A DNA stretch of 64,000 bases from Lepidodermella squamata (GCA_047495785.1 JBLDXI010000015.1:3162001-3226000), one strand, 5' to 3'; numbered from the stretch's first letter, positions 1 through 18,984 are shown. A program made the numbers and translations. The notes: generated from the sequence alone by a model not told the origin.

Positions 1-1200
1 GTATTAATCCAGTCCAAGACTGAGCAAACTTTGCCGTAGACGCCTGGGTACAACGGCTTACCGCAGCCATTGCCATAGCTCACGACCCCGCATAGTTTGA
101 AATACCCATCTTCAACGACCATCAGTGGACCTCCTGAGTCACCTTGGCAAGTATCAACCGCAATCAAAACAATGCCACCATTTACTTGTCCTTTTTCAAA
201 TATTAGAGAGAATATTCAAAAGGAATCTCGAAGACTCACCTGCACACATCATTCGGTCAGTATAAGGGTAGTACCGCAATGCACAGTAACTAGTTGAAAG
301 GATATCGACGACGCCATGGCGAAGAGTCGAAGTTGCTGTGGTTGCGCTTTCTGAGGTGCTACCCCATCCAGTAATATACGCGTATTGACCTGCTTGGCAG
401 CCATCGGAACATGATTTAGGCAGGCATATCCGCTGAACAGACCAGTCCGTGAAATTCAGTGGCGCTTTCATTGCCACAGAATTCATCTATCATTTTTCAG
501 CAGTAGAAAAACTCACATTCCAGTTGCAGGAGGGCAAAGTCGTAATCGTCGGTGTTAGCATTGTATAGGTTATGCTGGATCAGGGTTTTGACTGTTAGCT
601 GGAACTGGCCCTCGTCGAATATATTCACGTCGTAATCAGCAAAAGTAGCTTTGATTGATCTTGTTTAGCATATCGAAAGGAAACACGTTATAAAATGATA
701 CTTGAGGGCTGAGGGCTGAATTTACCCTGCCACAGCACGGCTGCAAGTTTAATTAAGATATGTTTGGTTCGGTCAAGTCGGAATGCTCAATGTTACCTAC
801 TATGTGCAATGAGCTGCTGTTATGAGCCAGTTGGCGCTGATAATGCTGGCACTGCAAAGTTCTGCGCCATTTATGGTCAAGCGAACAAGCCTTGAAGATT
901 GAAGACAATTATCCACCTAGGCTGCTGAGATTAAAAGCCATCCAATTACCAAGGATACTGCCCCTTGGGTGCCAACCCTCCGCCAACAATGCCTGCTCCT
1001 GGTTTATTCAGGGAGTAATAGTTTTTGTTGTGCCCGCAAGAAGAATTGACTGCCGGTGGTGGTTTAGGGGTCGAAATTGATCCTGTATTCGAAGGGTTAT
1101 TTGTGACTTGGCTACCACACGCAACTGCTTGCTGTCCACAGTAGACGACCATTGCTGCCAGCGTCAGATAGGTACTGACCATCGCCCATCTAGTTAGCAT
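1..1200 (-). CDS. Trypsin-like (S1A) serine protease A, multi-exon; last codons run off the window
   Basis: Signal peptide, short propeptide, [34 protein letters not shown] across short GT-AG introns; 15-nt exon at 726-740. Confidence 0.93.
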
Positions 1201-1400
1201 AGCTTTAACATAAATGAATAGATCTCTTAATGAATGAAAATGTAATAAGGAGCACTGATGATGCGCCCACAGCTCCTGTCATGCAGCTCGTATGGCTACG
1301 TTATTCACTATCAAACTCTATTATCAACATTTCATGCTACATTTATTGAGATTCTTTCCGTCACCAAATAAATTCGATTTGCGTTCACAATTTCGATAGT

Positions 1401-2558
1401 TCAATTGGTTACGTAAGTGTTAATCCAGCTCAGTACAGAGCAGACTTTAGAGTATACACCAGGATATGAAGCTCGAGCACAGCCCTTTCCGTAGCTGACA
1501 ATGCCGCAAAGCTTGTAAAAGCCGTCTTCCACCGTCATCAATGGCCCGCCCGAATCACCTTGGCAACTATCCACTCCACCGCCGGTGTAACCTTTGTAGA
1601 AAGATGCAACCGTCATTATCGGGTCAAATTAATCTTACCGGCGCAAATCATTCGATCAGTATAGCCCGAGTATCGCGTTGAACAAGAACTAGAACTTAAA
1701 ATATTTACGACTCCGTGTTGCATTGTCGACGACGCTTCGCTAGCAGATTCAGAGGTAGTTCCCCAGCCAGCTATGTATGCGTATTGATCAACTTGGCAAC
1801 CATCCGAGCAAGACTTTGGCAAACAAATCCGTTGAACCGACCAATCAGTGAAGCTTAGTGCAGCTGTGGAGTCAAAGCATCAACAGCGAATGATCTATGA
1901 GGTTTTTAATATTACGCTTACAATCAAGTTGGAGCAGGGCATAATCGTAATCATCAGCGTTTTGGTTGTAAAGATTGTGTTGAACTATTTTCTTTATTGA
2001 ACGCGAAAATTGCCCGCTGTCGTAATTCTGGATGTCATAATCGGCCAAGTATGCAGTAATTGAGCTAAAGGTTGGAAAAAATGACGGCAAGTCGACCTAG
2101 TTTCATGATGTTACCTAGCCGATGTTCCCCTGTAACGTCAAGACGTATAGCAATCAAACTAATTAAAAAGGCTGGTCACTAACACTGTGCAATGTGCAGC
2201 GGTAATGAGCCAGTTCGCGCTGATAACACTAGCTCCACATAGTTCGTTACCATTTATACTCAGCCGAACCAACCTACGCATTAGAATTCATGCAAAAGTG
2301 AAAGGTAACACGGTAGGAGTCTTACCATGGGTATTGGCCTTTTGGTGCAGGACCACCGCCGACGATTCCTGAGCCTGGATTATTCGAAGCGTAGTAATTT
2401 TTGTTGTGGCCGCAATTGGAAACTACTGCGGGAGGAGGCTTTGGTGTAGAAATAGTGGCCCCAGTAGAAGCGGAGTCTGTAACTCGACTACTACATCCCA
2501 CCGCTTCTGTTATATTGGAAAGCATGAATGAAAGGACAACATAGTGGAGTCTCGACAT
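1401..2558 (-). CDS. Trypsin-like serine protease B, multi-exon
   Basis: ATG at 2558 (MSRLHY), [26 protein letters not shown]; 15-nt exon at 2115-2129; same intron positions as A and C. Confidence 0.93.
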
Positions 2559-3173
2559 TTTCTTCAACAATGATCCTCCTGGAAACTGTCGTTATTTAGT
2601 TTAAATATCTGATTCGTACTGCCAGAAAAGCAGCAATAAAATTGAAATTTTACTGCCTTCCAGTTTGTAAAAGGTGTAACCTCTCATCAAAACACCTGCG
2701 TCACGCGCTTGTCATTTCATATCTAGACGTGTTTCATGTAAAAACCCGTCCAATATATTTGCCCATGTTTGTGCAAAAAACCTTATGCCTATGTGATGTT
2801 GCCAAACGGAAACAGCAAATTTACTTAGTAGTAAAATGTAAATCACGACTCGCGTTTTTTGTATATAAGAATGCCAAAGAACAGGTATTGAGCATCTTTA
2901 AGATGGCATTCCTTCAAAGACATATTAAGCGACAATTGTGTACATTTCCAACTTCCAACTTTTATTCACGCGCTTCTGCACTTCCACCCAAAGATTTAGA
3001 AAATATCATTAAACCGTCAAGTTAAAATTTAAAACTGTTTATTAGAAGATAACTGATCTTAAATGACATTGTCCATCAATATGATTTCCATAATTCTTAG
3101 CCGGGAAATTCAGAGAACTGGTATTTAGGTAATTTTCTAACGTCTATGAAGCGATAGATGAGAGGCACCATGC

Positions 3174-4334
<1,161 letters not shown>

Positions 4335-5362
4335 TTTGGCGTCTTTGTTGTCTACGGAATATAGTTGCCCACACTAACAGCTCGCGTTTTTTTATTAGAA
4401 CTTATGAGATTCTGACGGTCGGTAGGGCCGCGGCGTGTTGAAGTTTACGTGGGCAATAAATTCTGGTGGAAAGTTTTGCTCTAATCAGAGCTCATTAAGC
4501 TTAACAGGTTTTTCACGAATTACGTGTTGCGCTTGCATGTATTCGAGTTCAAAAATGACGAAGGAATTGCTACACCTAAATGCCTACAATAAAATGGTTA
4601 TCACTGCTGCTTTTAATTGCTTTCTTTTATACCTAACCGTGGAGTAATTTATGCAGATATAAACTCGATTTAGTCCCACAAGCAATTTCTCACTCGACGT
4701 CAAGTTTTGAAATTCCTTCAACATACAAACTTATATCCAATTCAGCCCGCAAGTCCACGTTTTCCCGCTGTTTTCCGGGCAGGCAACTTGTTGATGAAAT
4801 GAGGCGCAGCAAAACATAGCGCCGGATGACCAACGCGGAGCTTCAGATGTTAAAACTACGATGATAACAATCATAGTAATAAAAGGCTATATTAAATTTG
4901 ACGGCGGAAGAGCGCAAATGGGCTATGCGTGTATGTGTTCAGAGAAAGACGATACAACTCGCACTGGTCGATCAAGCTCATTTGTCTGCGCGCTTGCTGT
5001 GGTGGCGCTCTCGGTTTCAGAGCTACAAACCAAGACTCCTGAGGCCCTCGCGCACTGTCGTTTTTGAGCGTGCGCTATATAAGAAAATGCGTGTTAATTT
5101 TAGTTTGCATGCGCAAATTCAATCATTGGCGCCAATATCGATCGGTGGCGCGCGCAGCTAGTTATCACCACTACAACTGCTACACACATTGTTGAGCCTC
5201 TTTATTTTGTAATATCGCTTGCCGAAACAGCGAATCGCCGGTCCAACAACACAGATACGTATTTTTCATACTGCAGTAATTCAGCCGAAAAATGCCCCTG
5301 ATCTAGCTATTGCATTACATCTCTGCCCTGAAAAAGCCCGCCCTCCCGGTACAACGCGGTAA

Positions 5363-8983
<3,621 letters not shown>

Positions 8984-9450
8984 GTCATTTTCTTCGTATT
9001 TTCATGAATTTCACGTATTATTTTAAATGAAAACTGTAAGCATTGATATTGTAGATTCACCATGAATAATTGAAGGAACTGGCCTTATAAGCGCGACAAA
9101 TGGTAATAAAACAGGAAAATTGATTCGTTGTTTCAAAATCACACCGCAGGAGGGGATATTGTTTATACAGGTGTATGAGACGGCCTTTTTGCCTATGATC
9201 ATTCTTTAATGAGCAGAACATTCTTACGTCAGTTGCCGAGACGCTTGCCAAAACGAAAGAAAAACTTCAACTACGCCATATTGGCGACATCGATCTCTTT
9301 GACGAGCGCAAGCTGAGTTTCAGGTGATACGCTCTTAAATATAGTCGGTAAAATTGGAAATCGATTGATTCTAGTATTCTGAATAATTTATAGTAACACC
9401 TAAGAAACTCATACAACCACTTCAATGCCATAATTTTAGGGTTTACCTAT

Positions 9451-11411
9451 ATGCCGTTCGACTGGAGCGTCTCCATGTTGCCGCAACCTTGTGCCGTCAA
9501 CAATGGGTAAACGAAGCTTAGCCGATCAATCAATAGGTAACGCGAAAGTATAAGGAAATTGCTGGTGCCTGTTACTTGAATATGCAGTCACTTCACGCGC
9601 ACTCAAGCAATATATCCATTTAATCGCACCCCTTTCTTTAGCGCTGTCTCGCCAAAAATAATCCTTTCCACGATAGCTTGTTTCTTATGGGTCGACATAA
9701 GTCGAAAGGCGACGAGGAAGAAGGCGATGAAGACGAGAAGAAGAAAAAGAAGCACCACAAGAAGCACCACAGCAAGAGCAAAGACAAGGAGAACGAAGAT
9801 GGCGAAGATGAGAAGAAGCATCACCGGCGCAAGCACAAGGACAAGGATAAGGAAGCCGGCGAGGATGGCGAAGACGAGGACAAGAAGAAAGACAAGAAAA
9901 AGCATCATTCCAAGTCGAAAAAGAAGCATCACGATGAGGAAGAAGATGACGATGACGATGAAAAGGCTCTAGCTCCACCGAAATCACCCGGCACTCCTCC
10001 ACTGCTAGATAACAAACCACTGGGAGCACCTCCGCAGCCGCCGCCCAGTCATCAACCGGTTCCTAATTCACCATACGGAGGTAGTCCTTACGGCTATCCG
10101 CCATCGCCTGGAATGCCTCATAGCCCCAACGGTGGTTATCCGCCATCAGTTTCCCCAGTTCGACCAGGGCCCCAGAATGGTTATCCAGGCTACCCTCCAT
10201 CAGGCGTTCAACCACCTCCTAGGCCGGGAATGCCTCCGGGCTCTGGTCCCGGGCCTGGAGGATTCCCGCCGAATCCGCCACCAGGCTACAGGGGCCCATG
10301 GCCACCAGTAAGTCATTATCGCCAAAGATTGGATTTAATTCTCAATGAAACTGTTTTTCCTAAAGCCACCGCCACCGGGTTATCGTGGACCTTGGCCTCC
10401 GGTAGGATCTTGAACCGCAGTTAAAGCTGTAAACAACTTGATTCCATTTTTCTTTGCAGCCCCCGCCTCCAGGTTATCGCGGACCATGGCCTCCGGTAAG
10501 AAATACTTTAATTTGTTTTGTGATAATGAAATATTGTTTTCATATACCTTTTAACAGCCGCCACCTCCTCCTAATTGGAGACCAGGTTTGGATGAGGTAT
10601 TTATATTTGTTGGAAAGTCATTTTGTGGCTTTCAGGCATGCCATTACCGGCGCCGAGTGGACCTCCGAGACCTGGCGCGCCCCCTCCTGTCCATCAAATG
10701 GAAGTAAAGCCATATCAGCCTCCGCCGCCCCCTTCGGTTCAGCCCGCCAAGCACCAGGTTAGTCGGTAATTAAAACGAATTTTTTCAGGACACATCGGCC
10801 ATTTTTTCCTCAGGATGTTGTTACGCCGCGTGATATACGCTTCGAACCTGACGCTTTCGTACCCTCCGGTGGGCCAACCAATCACAGGTCGCCAGCATGG
10901 AACAACTTCACTCCTTTGCCTGTCTTACCGGATAATGACGAAGACCTTATTGACTACGATGAGGATAATCCAATGTCAAGGAAGCCACCGCCGCAATTCA
11001 ACCAACAGCCGAACAATTGGCCTCCTCCTAACCAAAATAAGTATCCTCCCTACCCTCCGCCTAGTGGACCAATAAACCACCAAGGTTTGCATGACGATTA
11101 ATTCGACTTAAATTCACATTTGCGTTGTAGGCATGGCACCAAAACCGAATCCAAATATTCTGCTACCGTCTAATGTGAATTTTGATATAGTACCGGTAGC
11201 AGTTAATTGCCCAAAGTGCAATCAAAAAGTCTTGACAGAAACACAGTCGAAAGTTTCCGGTCTTGCGATCGGATTGGGTATCCTTCTTTTCTTTGTTTTC
11301 CCAATTCTCTTCTTCGTTCCATGCGTCATGTCTAGCTTAAGGAACATCAATCATGTTTGCCCAAAATGTTCCTCTCTCATCGGCACGAAGAAAGCCAGCT
11401 GTGGAGGATAA
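9451..11411 (+). CDS. LITAF-domain protein with K/H/D/E-rich N-terminus and Pro-rich region (start 9451, or 9687)
   Basis: C-terminal CPKC...hydrophobic segment...HVCPKC signature; exons splice in frame, including 36-nt exons 10366-10401 and 10460-10495 and a 28-nt exon 10558-10585. Confidence 0.85.
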
Positions 11412-12032
11412 ACGTCACAAAAAGTGTTTTCAATTTTTTCGAATGAATAATCGCTCTATTTTGAATAAAGCATTTGTGAACATTTAGCAGTTTTTTTAAT
11501 TTATATTAGCAGCCTATCATCGAATTTTGACTTTGCATCTGCACGCAAAAATGCTTCCATTTTGGCTACTCAATTTTACAAATTTTCGTGTCGAATAACC
11601 TCAGGCCAGATAGTGGTATGGAACTGTCTTTTAAACATCATCGATGGCTGTTTATTACTGAGCTTTTTATCTGAGGCGCAGTTCGTTTGCATGCTTTCCA
11701 AATACCAGCCACTTCGTGCTCGGCGACGGGGCTGTGAAAAGAGTTGACAGCACGAAGGAAACCAGCCAAATAGGTAACCTATTTTCTGAAACTGTTCACG
11801 ACAAAAAATGGTGTTTTTTACTACACAGGTATAAGACTGAAGCGATGAATAGTTTCGTGTGATGACTACTTACACGCATTTAATAACACGTCATAACGTA
11901 GGCGCTTTGCATGCCTCGAATTGTCTCCACAGAAACACGGAGCGTTAACAGGGCATATTTAAGCCGAATCCACTCGTCAACAGGCTTATCATCCTTGTTA
12001 TAGTAATTTTTCAAATCCGTGTGCGCCAAAAT

Positions 12033-14248
12033 ATGTCAGCCCAGGTGGCCGTGATACTGCTTGCATCCCTAGCAGCCGTCGCTCGAGTTGAGGCGGCTAT
12101 CTACTGCTTCGAAGCACCCTCTATTCCTAATTCTGAGTGCTACAAAAATAACACGATAATCGACCCGACGAATCCGGTCGATGTCTTCAGAACTAACGAA
12201 TTTGTCACCTATCGCTGTTTGGCAGGTTACAAATTGGCCGGAGGCGACAAGCTTACGTGCCAAAGTGATGGAACATGGTCGCCAAAAACGCTACCACGCT
12301 GCGACAAGATTCCTCAGTGCGATAACTTGCCCACCTTTTCCAACGCCGTGTGCACAAGCACGGCATCGGCGCCCTTTGCGGATAACTCTAAAGCAACATG
12401 CTCTTGTAACTCCGGTTTCAAGTTGAGGTAAGCTATCACCCTTTGACGACTTTATGTTGGACCTAACGCCTTATATTTCTTACCAGTGGCTCTGCAACAT
12501 CGACTTGCAGCAGCTCGAAGTGGAGTACGGTGATTTGCGTTGCGAACCCGACGTGCCAGGGCGTTCCAGCCTTGACTAGTGGTACGTGCACCGGTGCCAA
12601 TGGAGCCACTGGATCGTACGCCATTGGCGCAAAGGCAACTTGCACTTGCAACTCCGGTTTTAAACTGACGGGCACAGCTAGCCCGACTTGCGGCTCGAAC
12701 GGTCAGTGGGGTTCTGTTCCCACTTGTGCGCAAGTTCTCTGCTTCGCGGCCCCATCGATCGACAATTCTGAGTGCTATCGTGACAGTAGCAAACTGAGCC
12801 AGACCGAAATGTCCCTTACCTTTCCTGTTGCAACTCTGATCACCTACAAGTGCTTAGATGGTTACGTCATGAGCGGACCTTCTGATGTCCTTTGCCAAGC
12901 TGATGGAACTTGGGGTAAGCAACCGAAATGTGAAAAGGCTTGCAAAGGAGTTCCCACGCTTGCCAATGGTCAATGTACCAGTAACAAAGACGACGACTTG
13001 TACGCACCGGCTGCCACTGTCCAGTGCAAATGCAACGATGGCTATCGTTTCTCAGCAACGGAGGCGACCAGAAATGCTACTTGCTCAACTAACAGCGTCT
13101 GGTCGGTCCCACTGTGCATGGCGAACCCGACAACAACTACGACGACAATGGCTCCAAAATGCCAGGGAAACCCGAAGCTTGACAACGGAGTTTGCCAAGC
13201 TTCTGGCGCCGATAATTCTGGCAACTTTCCTAAAGGGGCTACTGCCACGTGCTCTTGCAACGAAGGGTACCAATTTGGAACCGGTGCGTCGAAGACTGTT
13301 TCTGTGACTTGCTCAGCTGCTGGCCAGTGGCCGACACCGACCTCGTGCTCTTTGATTCCGATTTGCTCAGCTCTACCGACGTTTACAGACGGAACTTGCG
13401 CGAGAAACGACGGAGCCTCTGGGGTTATGTACGCTGGAGTATCCATCACTTGCACTTGCGCCGATGGATTTTCCACATCTGGAACTGTCACGGGTTCGAC
13501 AAGCCAAACAGTCACATGCAAATCCAAAGACACCTGGTCAGCGTCGTTGACAAAGTGCCAGCAAATTCCTAAGGATTGCAAGAGCCCTCCTCAAATTGAT
13601 GGCAGTGGCTGCTCGAACTGCAATACAGAAGGCGTTCCTTCGTCGGCAACTTATCCTTCGGGCACCATTGTCACATACACGTGCCGCTCAGACTATAAGC
13701 TTAGTGGCAATGCCAAAATCACATGCCAGAAAAACGGAACCTGGACCGAACTGCCAGTATGCACTTTGATCACGACGACGACAACTACCAAGGCAACTAC
13801 AACCATTTCAATTTGCCCGGCTGTACCGCCAGTCGACGGCGCCGGCTGTAACAACTGTAACAATCGAGCTCTGCCAACTTTCTTCACTGGCGATCAGATT
13901 CGGTACACTTGCCGAGATGGTTATCAGCTGGTTGGGAACGCAATCATAACTTGCTTGGCTGGTGGCGTTTGGTCTACGCCGCCCAAGTGCAACTTGATTG
14001 ACACGACTACAACGACTACAACGACTACAACAGCGGAACCTGACAAGGTCAATACTGATAATGGCAAAGGAAATGACGGCCAACCCAGCAACGGCGGCTC
14101 AGGCAATGAAGGTAGCGGAGGAAACAGCGGCAATAATGGCCAACAAATCGTGGGGGGAACAAGTTCTACTACTAAAGCTACAACGAAAACGACCACAACA
14201 AAAACGACCACGACAAAAACAGCCACCCGTCGAAACGGGAAACGGTGA
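12033..14248 (+). CDS. Secreted Sushi/CCP-repeat protein 1 (~9 modules, Thr-rich linkers), one intron
   Basis: Signal peptide MSAQVAVILL; repeated C..P....C...C..GY...C...GTW...P.C; intron about 12428-12486; ends RNGKR*. Confidence 0.9.
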
Positions 14249-14679
14249 ACAGGGCTTGCTGATACTTCATTAGCCACTAGTAGCTAGTAGCTGTATGAGT
14301 TAAAGAATGGGCCTAAATAAATAAAATATATGTTTTCGCATCCTGTCTTTTTGTTATCGATTGTTGCTCTATTACTTCTCGAGGCAAATGCTGATAAACT
14401 GTGTTAGACTGGTTTTCTATTAGCAAAAAAGTAATGATCTCCGTCAAATAATGATCTAAGCCTCTGTTACTTTCGGTTTAGCGCTCTATGTAGTTGAAAT
14501 CAGAGTACTTGATCATTATCACGATCCCCATTGAAATTGAATGAATGAAAAATAATTCAAGACGAACAAAATCGTGCTTACGAGCGCATACCTCAACATC
14601 ACGTTTAGCAAACCTCAGTTAATAAGGCTGTTTTTCTGTCGCCTATTTCATTCTTTGTTAAACATACATTGTTTTGTGA

Positions 14680-16876
14680 ATGGCGGACTTAGTAACAACA
14701 CTTTTGGCTCTCTGCTTGCTGCTGATCTCGCCAGCAAGCGCAGCAATCAGATGCTTCGAAGCACCTTCGATCCCAAATTCGATCTGCTACAAAGACATGA
14801 TCGAAGTGCCAGCCGATGACATGAGTGACCTAGTGTTTGAGATTGGCGAATTCGTCACATACGCTTGTATCCCTGGCTTCCGCTTGGTTGGGCCTTCAAC
14901 AGTGACATGTCAAGGTGATGGCAGGTGGTCTTTGAGGCCCAGATGCGTTGCAACAGGCAGCAGTGTCCCAGCACCTGCTCCATCCCCTGTTCAAAATGAT
15001 CCGCTCTGCCAAGGCGTTCCGATATTGCTGAACGGAATATGTTCAGGATCGATGACAGCAACTTATAGAAACAATCAGCAAGTTTCGTGCACCTGCTCCG
15101 CTGGATATCGCATCAGGTAAATTTCAAGCATTTTATCGCACGATTTGATTATCAACCATATCAACCATATTGTTTAGCAACTCAGGCATGGCAACTTGCA
15201 ATTATGGCCAGTGGATAAATGTTCCATCTTGCAGTATCAATAACACCCCGAGGTGCACCGGGGTGCCATCAATACTATATGGCTCCTGTCAAGGATCGCT
15301 TGGCGCTGCGGGATCTTATTCGCCAGGAAACACAGCGACATGTACATGCAATGGAGGCTTTACAATCAATGGCAGCCCTGTAGCATCTTGTTCTAGCAGT
15401 GGCCAGTGGATTAACGTTCCGAACTGCGCTCAAAAGCTGTGCTTCGCCGCTCCTTCGATTCCAAATTCTGAATGCTACAAAGATCTGAATATTCTGTCAC
15501 CATCTGCGATGGCAACTAGCACATTCAACGTAGGGGAGGTCATAACCTACAAGTGCTTGCCCGGATTCGGAATGGTAGGACAGTCTTCCTTAACGTGCGG
15601 TGCGGATGGAACTTGGGGATCGTTGCCTAGCTGCGTTCGCATCTGCGTCGGAGTTCCTATAATAAATAATGGGATCTGCCAGAACCCTAGCGTCGATGGG
15701 AACTACGGGATCGGGTCTCAAGTTATCTGCAATTGCGGAGAAGGGTACCAATTGAATGGCGGAAATACAGCTTCCTGTATTGCAACGGGCGCATGGGCAA
15801 ACGTTCCGCAATGCATACCAAATCCAAGATGCAACGGCTTCCCGGGTTTACTCAACGGCCAGTGCTCGGCTAACGGTGGAGATAGGGCAAATACGTTCCC
15901 AAGAGGGGCTCAGGCCACGTGCACTTGCAATAATGGGTATCAATTTGGGGGCAATGTGCCAGCCGTGTCAAGCGTCTGTGGTGCAAACGGCCAATGGAGC
16001 TCGCCACAGGCCTGTTTAGAAATCCCTGCCTGCAATTACTTGCCGGCGATATCGAACGGGCAATGCACCAGAAACGACAATGGGAACAGCCTAATGGTAA
16101 TCGGAACTTTAATTACATGCACTTGCAACCAGGGTTTTCAAGTTGGCGGCAATGAAAACCAAATTTCGATGGTGGTTTCGTGCCGGGCTAAAGATACCTG
16201 GTCGACGTTGCCTCGTTGCAATCCTATCAGAACAACGACCACCCCAACGACAACAACTACCCAGTTGCTGATATGCCCGAATCCTCCTCAGATTGAAGGT
16301 ACTGGCTGTGACAATTGCGGGCCGGCAAATCGAGCGCTTTTGTTACCTGGGACTACTGTGACATATCAATGCAGACCGAATTACCGCATGGAGGGTCCGG
16401 CTACCATTACATGCCAAAGAGACGGAACCTGGAGTACGTTTCCTCGCTGCATTCCTACTTCGAGTGGAATTTCAGGCACATCTGCTCCCAGTTCTCAAGT
16501 AACTTGTTCGAAGCCTTCTCCTGTTGATGGCGCTGGTTGTAACAATTGTAATAGAGTACTTCAAGAATTCAACATTGGGGATCAGATAAGATACACATGT
16601 CGAGATGACTACAGACTGGCGCCCGGGCAAACCGGGATCATAACATGCATGGCTGGAGGCGTATGGTCCACGCCCCCTACTTGTCTTCCAATCGGGAACA
16701 GTGTATTTATTGCATCCACAACATCTACTACCCCTCCTACTACAACTACTACCAGAAGAAGAGGTGGCAATGGAAATAACAACAATAATAACGATGACAA
16801 CAGCCGAGACAGGGACAGGAACAACGGCAGAGGTAACAACGGCAATAACAACGGCGGCGTTCGGCCACGCGGATAG
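14680..16876 (+). CDS. Secreted Sushi/CCP-repeat protein 2 (paralogue of protein 1), Asn/Gly/Arg tail
   Basis: Signal peptide; same module order and same intron position as protein 1; ends VRPRG*. Confidence 0.9.
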
Positions 16877-17218
16877 ACCGTATTTCATTATTCAATCTGT
16901 CTTTTATGATTTTCATTCAATAAATCATGCTATTTTGGAGCTTTTTTGGCTTGGCTTTTTCTCTCATTTGAAGTTTATTTTCGTGTTCATTTTTAGTCAA
17001 AACTTGAAACCCCCAAAACACGACTTGAGAATGAGAGTTGCAGTTGGATTATTTACTACTAAGCTTACATGCTGGCATTCTACTGCTTCTCACTGTTTTT
17101 GTTGCACGTGTTTTTGTTGCACGTGGGTGTTTGAGCATGCCACAACCACGTAACCACATATATACTGCGTCATCAATTTTCTGAGGTGAGCATATTGTAA
17201 TTTTTTAAGTTACCAGCA

Positions 17219-18984
17219 ATGATTTACCCTTTGATTTTAATCAGCAGCTGCCTAGCTGCGTTAGTTTCTTGCCAAAGTACCACTGTCTTCTGCAAAACTG
17301 GCCCACCTGCAGTGACCAATGCACTTATATTCCGATATGAGGCAAATGGTGCCGCCGTAGAGATAAATGAAAAAACGACGCCATCAAGTTTTCAATACAA
17401 AGCTGGTCAAGGGGTGAGGTACGCCTGTCAAAACGGTGGAAAAATGACTGGGTCGGCAGTGCTGAGTTGTCAAAATTCTGGTTTTTGGGGACCTGGTAAG
17501 CCGCCAACCTGCAGTGCCGGAACATCGGAACGCTCCTTGAGCACCGACTGCCGCAGCGCTCCGACAATCACGAACGGCGTTTGCCGACTGGAAGTTTCTG
17601 GCGGAGAGTATTCCAATGGTCTGCCAGTAGGCAGGCGTCGAAGGCAAACCACTCTAGTCCAATATGCGAATTGCGTTTGTAACAGTGGCTTCACGCTTCA
17701 GGGCACCCAGCGCCTCGCTTGCTCAACAGGTGGTTGGGGTGCCCTACCCAGTTGTCAAAGTAGATCTGTCAGCAGCTCTGGAAATTGCCAAGCAATCCCA
17801 ACAATCGCGAATGGAGATTGCGCATCAGCTGTTACTGACGGCGAATACAGTAACGGGTTACCCAGAAGCCTACCTGTAGGCACAAGCGTAGCCTCGGCAA
17901 CTAGCAGAAGGCTGCAATGTAGCTGCCGCAATGGCTTCACATTATCCGGCTCCAACATCGTAACTTGCAACTCTGGTGTGTGGTCTGCGCTACCGAATTG
18001 TCTCACAGCCAGCAGTTCAGCTATCAGTTGCCCTAACAGTGACCTACAAATTAGCAATGGTCTGTGCCAAGTTCAAGCGAGCTCGAGCGGTGAGTATTCC
18101 AACGGCCTGGGAGGAAGCAATCAAGTAGCGACTACGCAAGTCCTTAGATGCTCTTGCAATTCCGGCTACACTCTTTCTGGCTCGTCAAGTGTAGCATGCC
18201 TTTCAAGTGGGAGCTGGGCCACCTTACCGGCGTGTATCGTTGGCGGGGGAGGCGGTTCAGGTGGCCAGAAGTTTTGCGGATCGCCTCCCCAGGTGAACAA
18301 CGCTGACTGCTATAAAGGCGTACCAGGCGAGTCAGAAAGCGACGCCCTGGCAGTTCGAAGCCGCGTTCTGATTAACCTAACAACAAGATCAGGGGCCGTT
18401 TACACCGCAGGCGAGACAGTTCGTTTCATTTGTCGCGATGGTTTTACGATGAAAGGCAACAGTATAATGACATGCTTATCGAGTGGGGAATGGACGACAG
18501 CGCCTACTTGCACCCAAGCCGTTACATGTCCCAAGCCGCCTGCCGTCCCGGGCTCCGGATGCGACAACTGCGCAAGAGCTATGATAAGTTTTGTACCTGG
18601 GGATCAAGTTGGCTATGAATGCCGATCAGAGTAAGCAATACGCTTTATTGATACAAGATCGGCTAATTGAAATATCTCAATTCTAGTTACGTTCTGGTAG
18701 GAAATTATCTAATAACCTGTCAGGCTGATGGGACGTGGAGCACGCTACCTCAATGTGTTCTTCGCGCGACAACCACACCAACGGTTTGTATGGGACCACC
18801 TGTCATTCAGTTTGCTGGGTGTGATTGCGCTGATGACAATGCTGCTCTCAGAGCATTTAATGTTGGAGATCAAATCACCATAAGCTGCCGCGAAGGTTAT
18901 GTGAGAAGCGGCCCAGCTAGCGTCACATGTCAGTCGAATGGAAAATGGTCGACGTACCCCACTTGTAATCCTAGATCTGGCTGA
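17219..18984 (+). CDS. Secreted Sushi/CCP-repeat protein 3 with three GEYSNGL repeats
   Basis: Signal peptide, about 7 CCP modules, intron about 18631-18686, internal GRRRR, ends NPRSG*. Confidence 0.9.

Noticed and set aside
2642-3025. 127-aa plus-strand ORF between proteases B and C
   Set aside because: TTG start, no motifs, overlaps the presumptive promoter of protease B
9603-10029. Very hydrophobic minus-strand ORFs that look like membrane proteins
   Set aside because: Reverse complement of the Lys/Glu/Asp-rich LITAF exon
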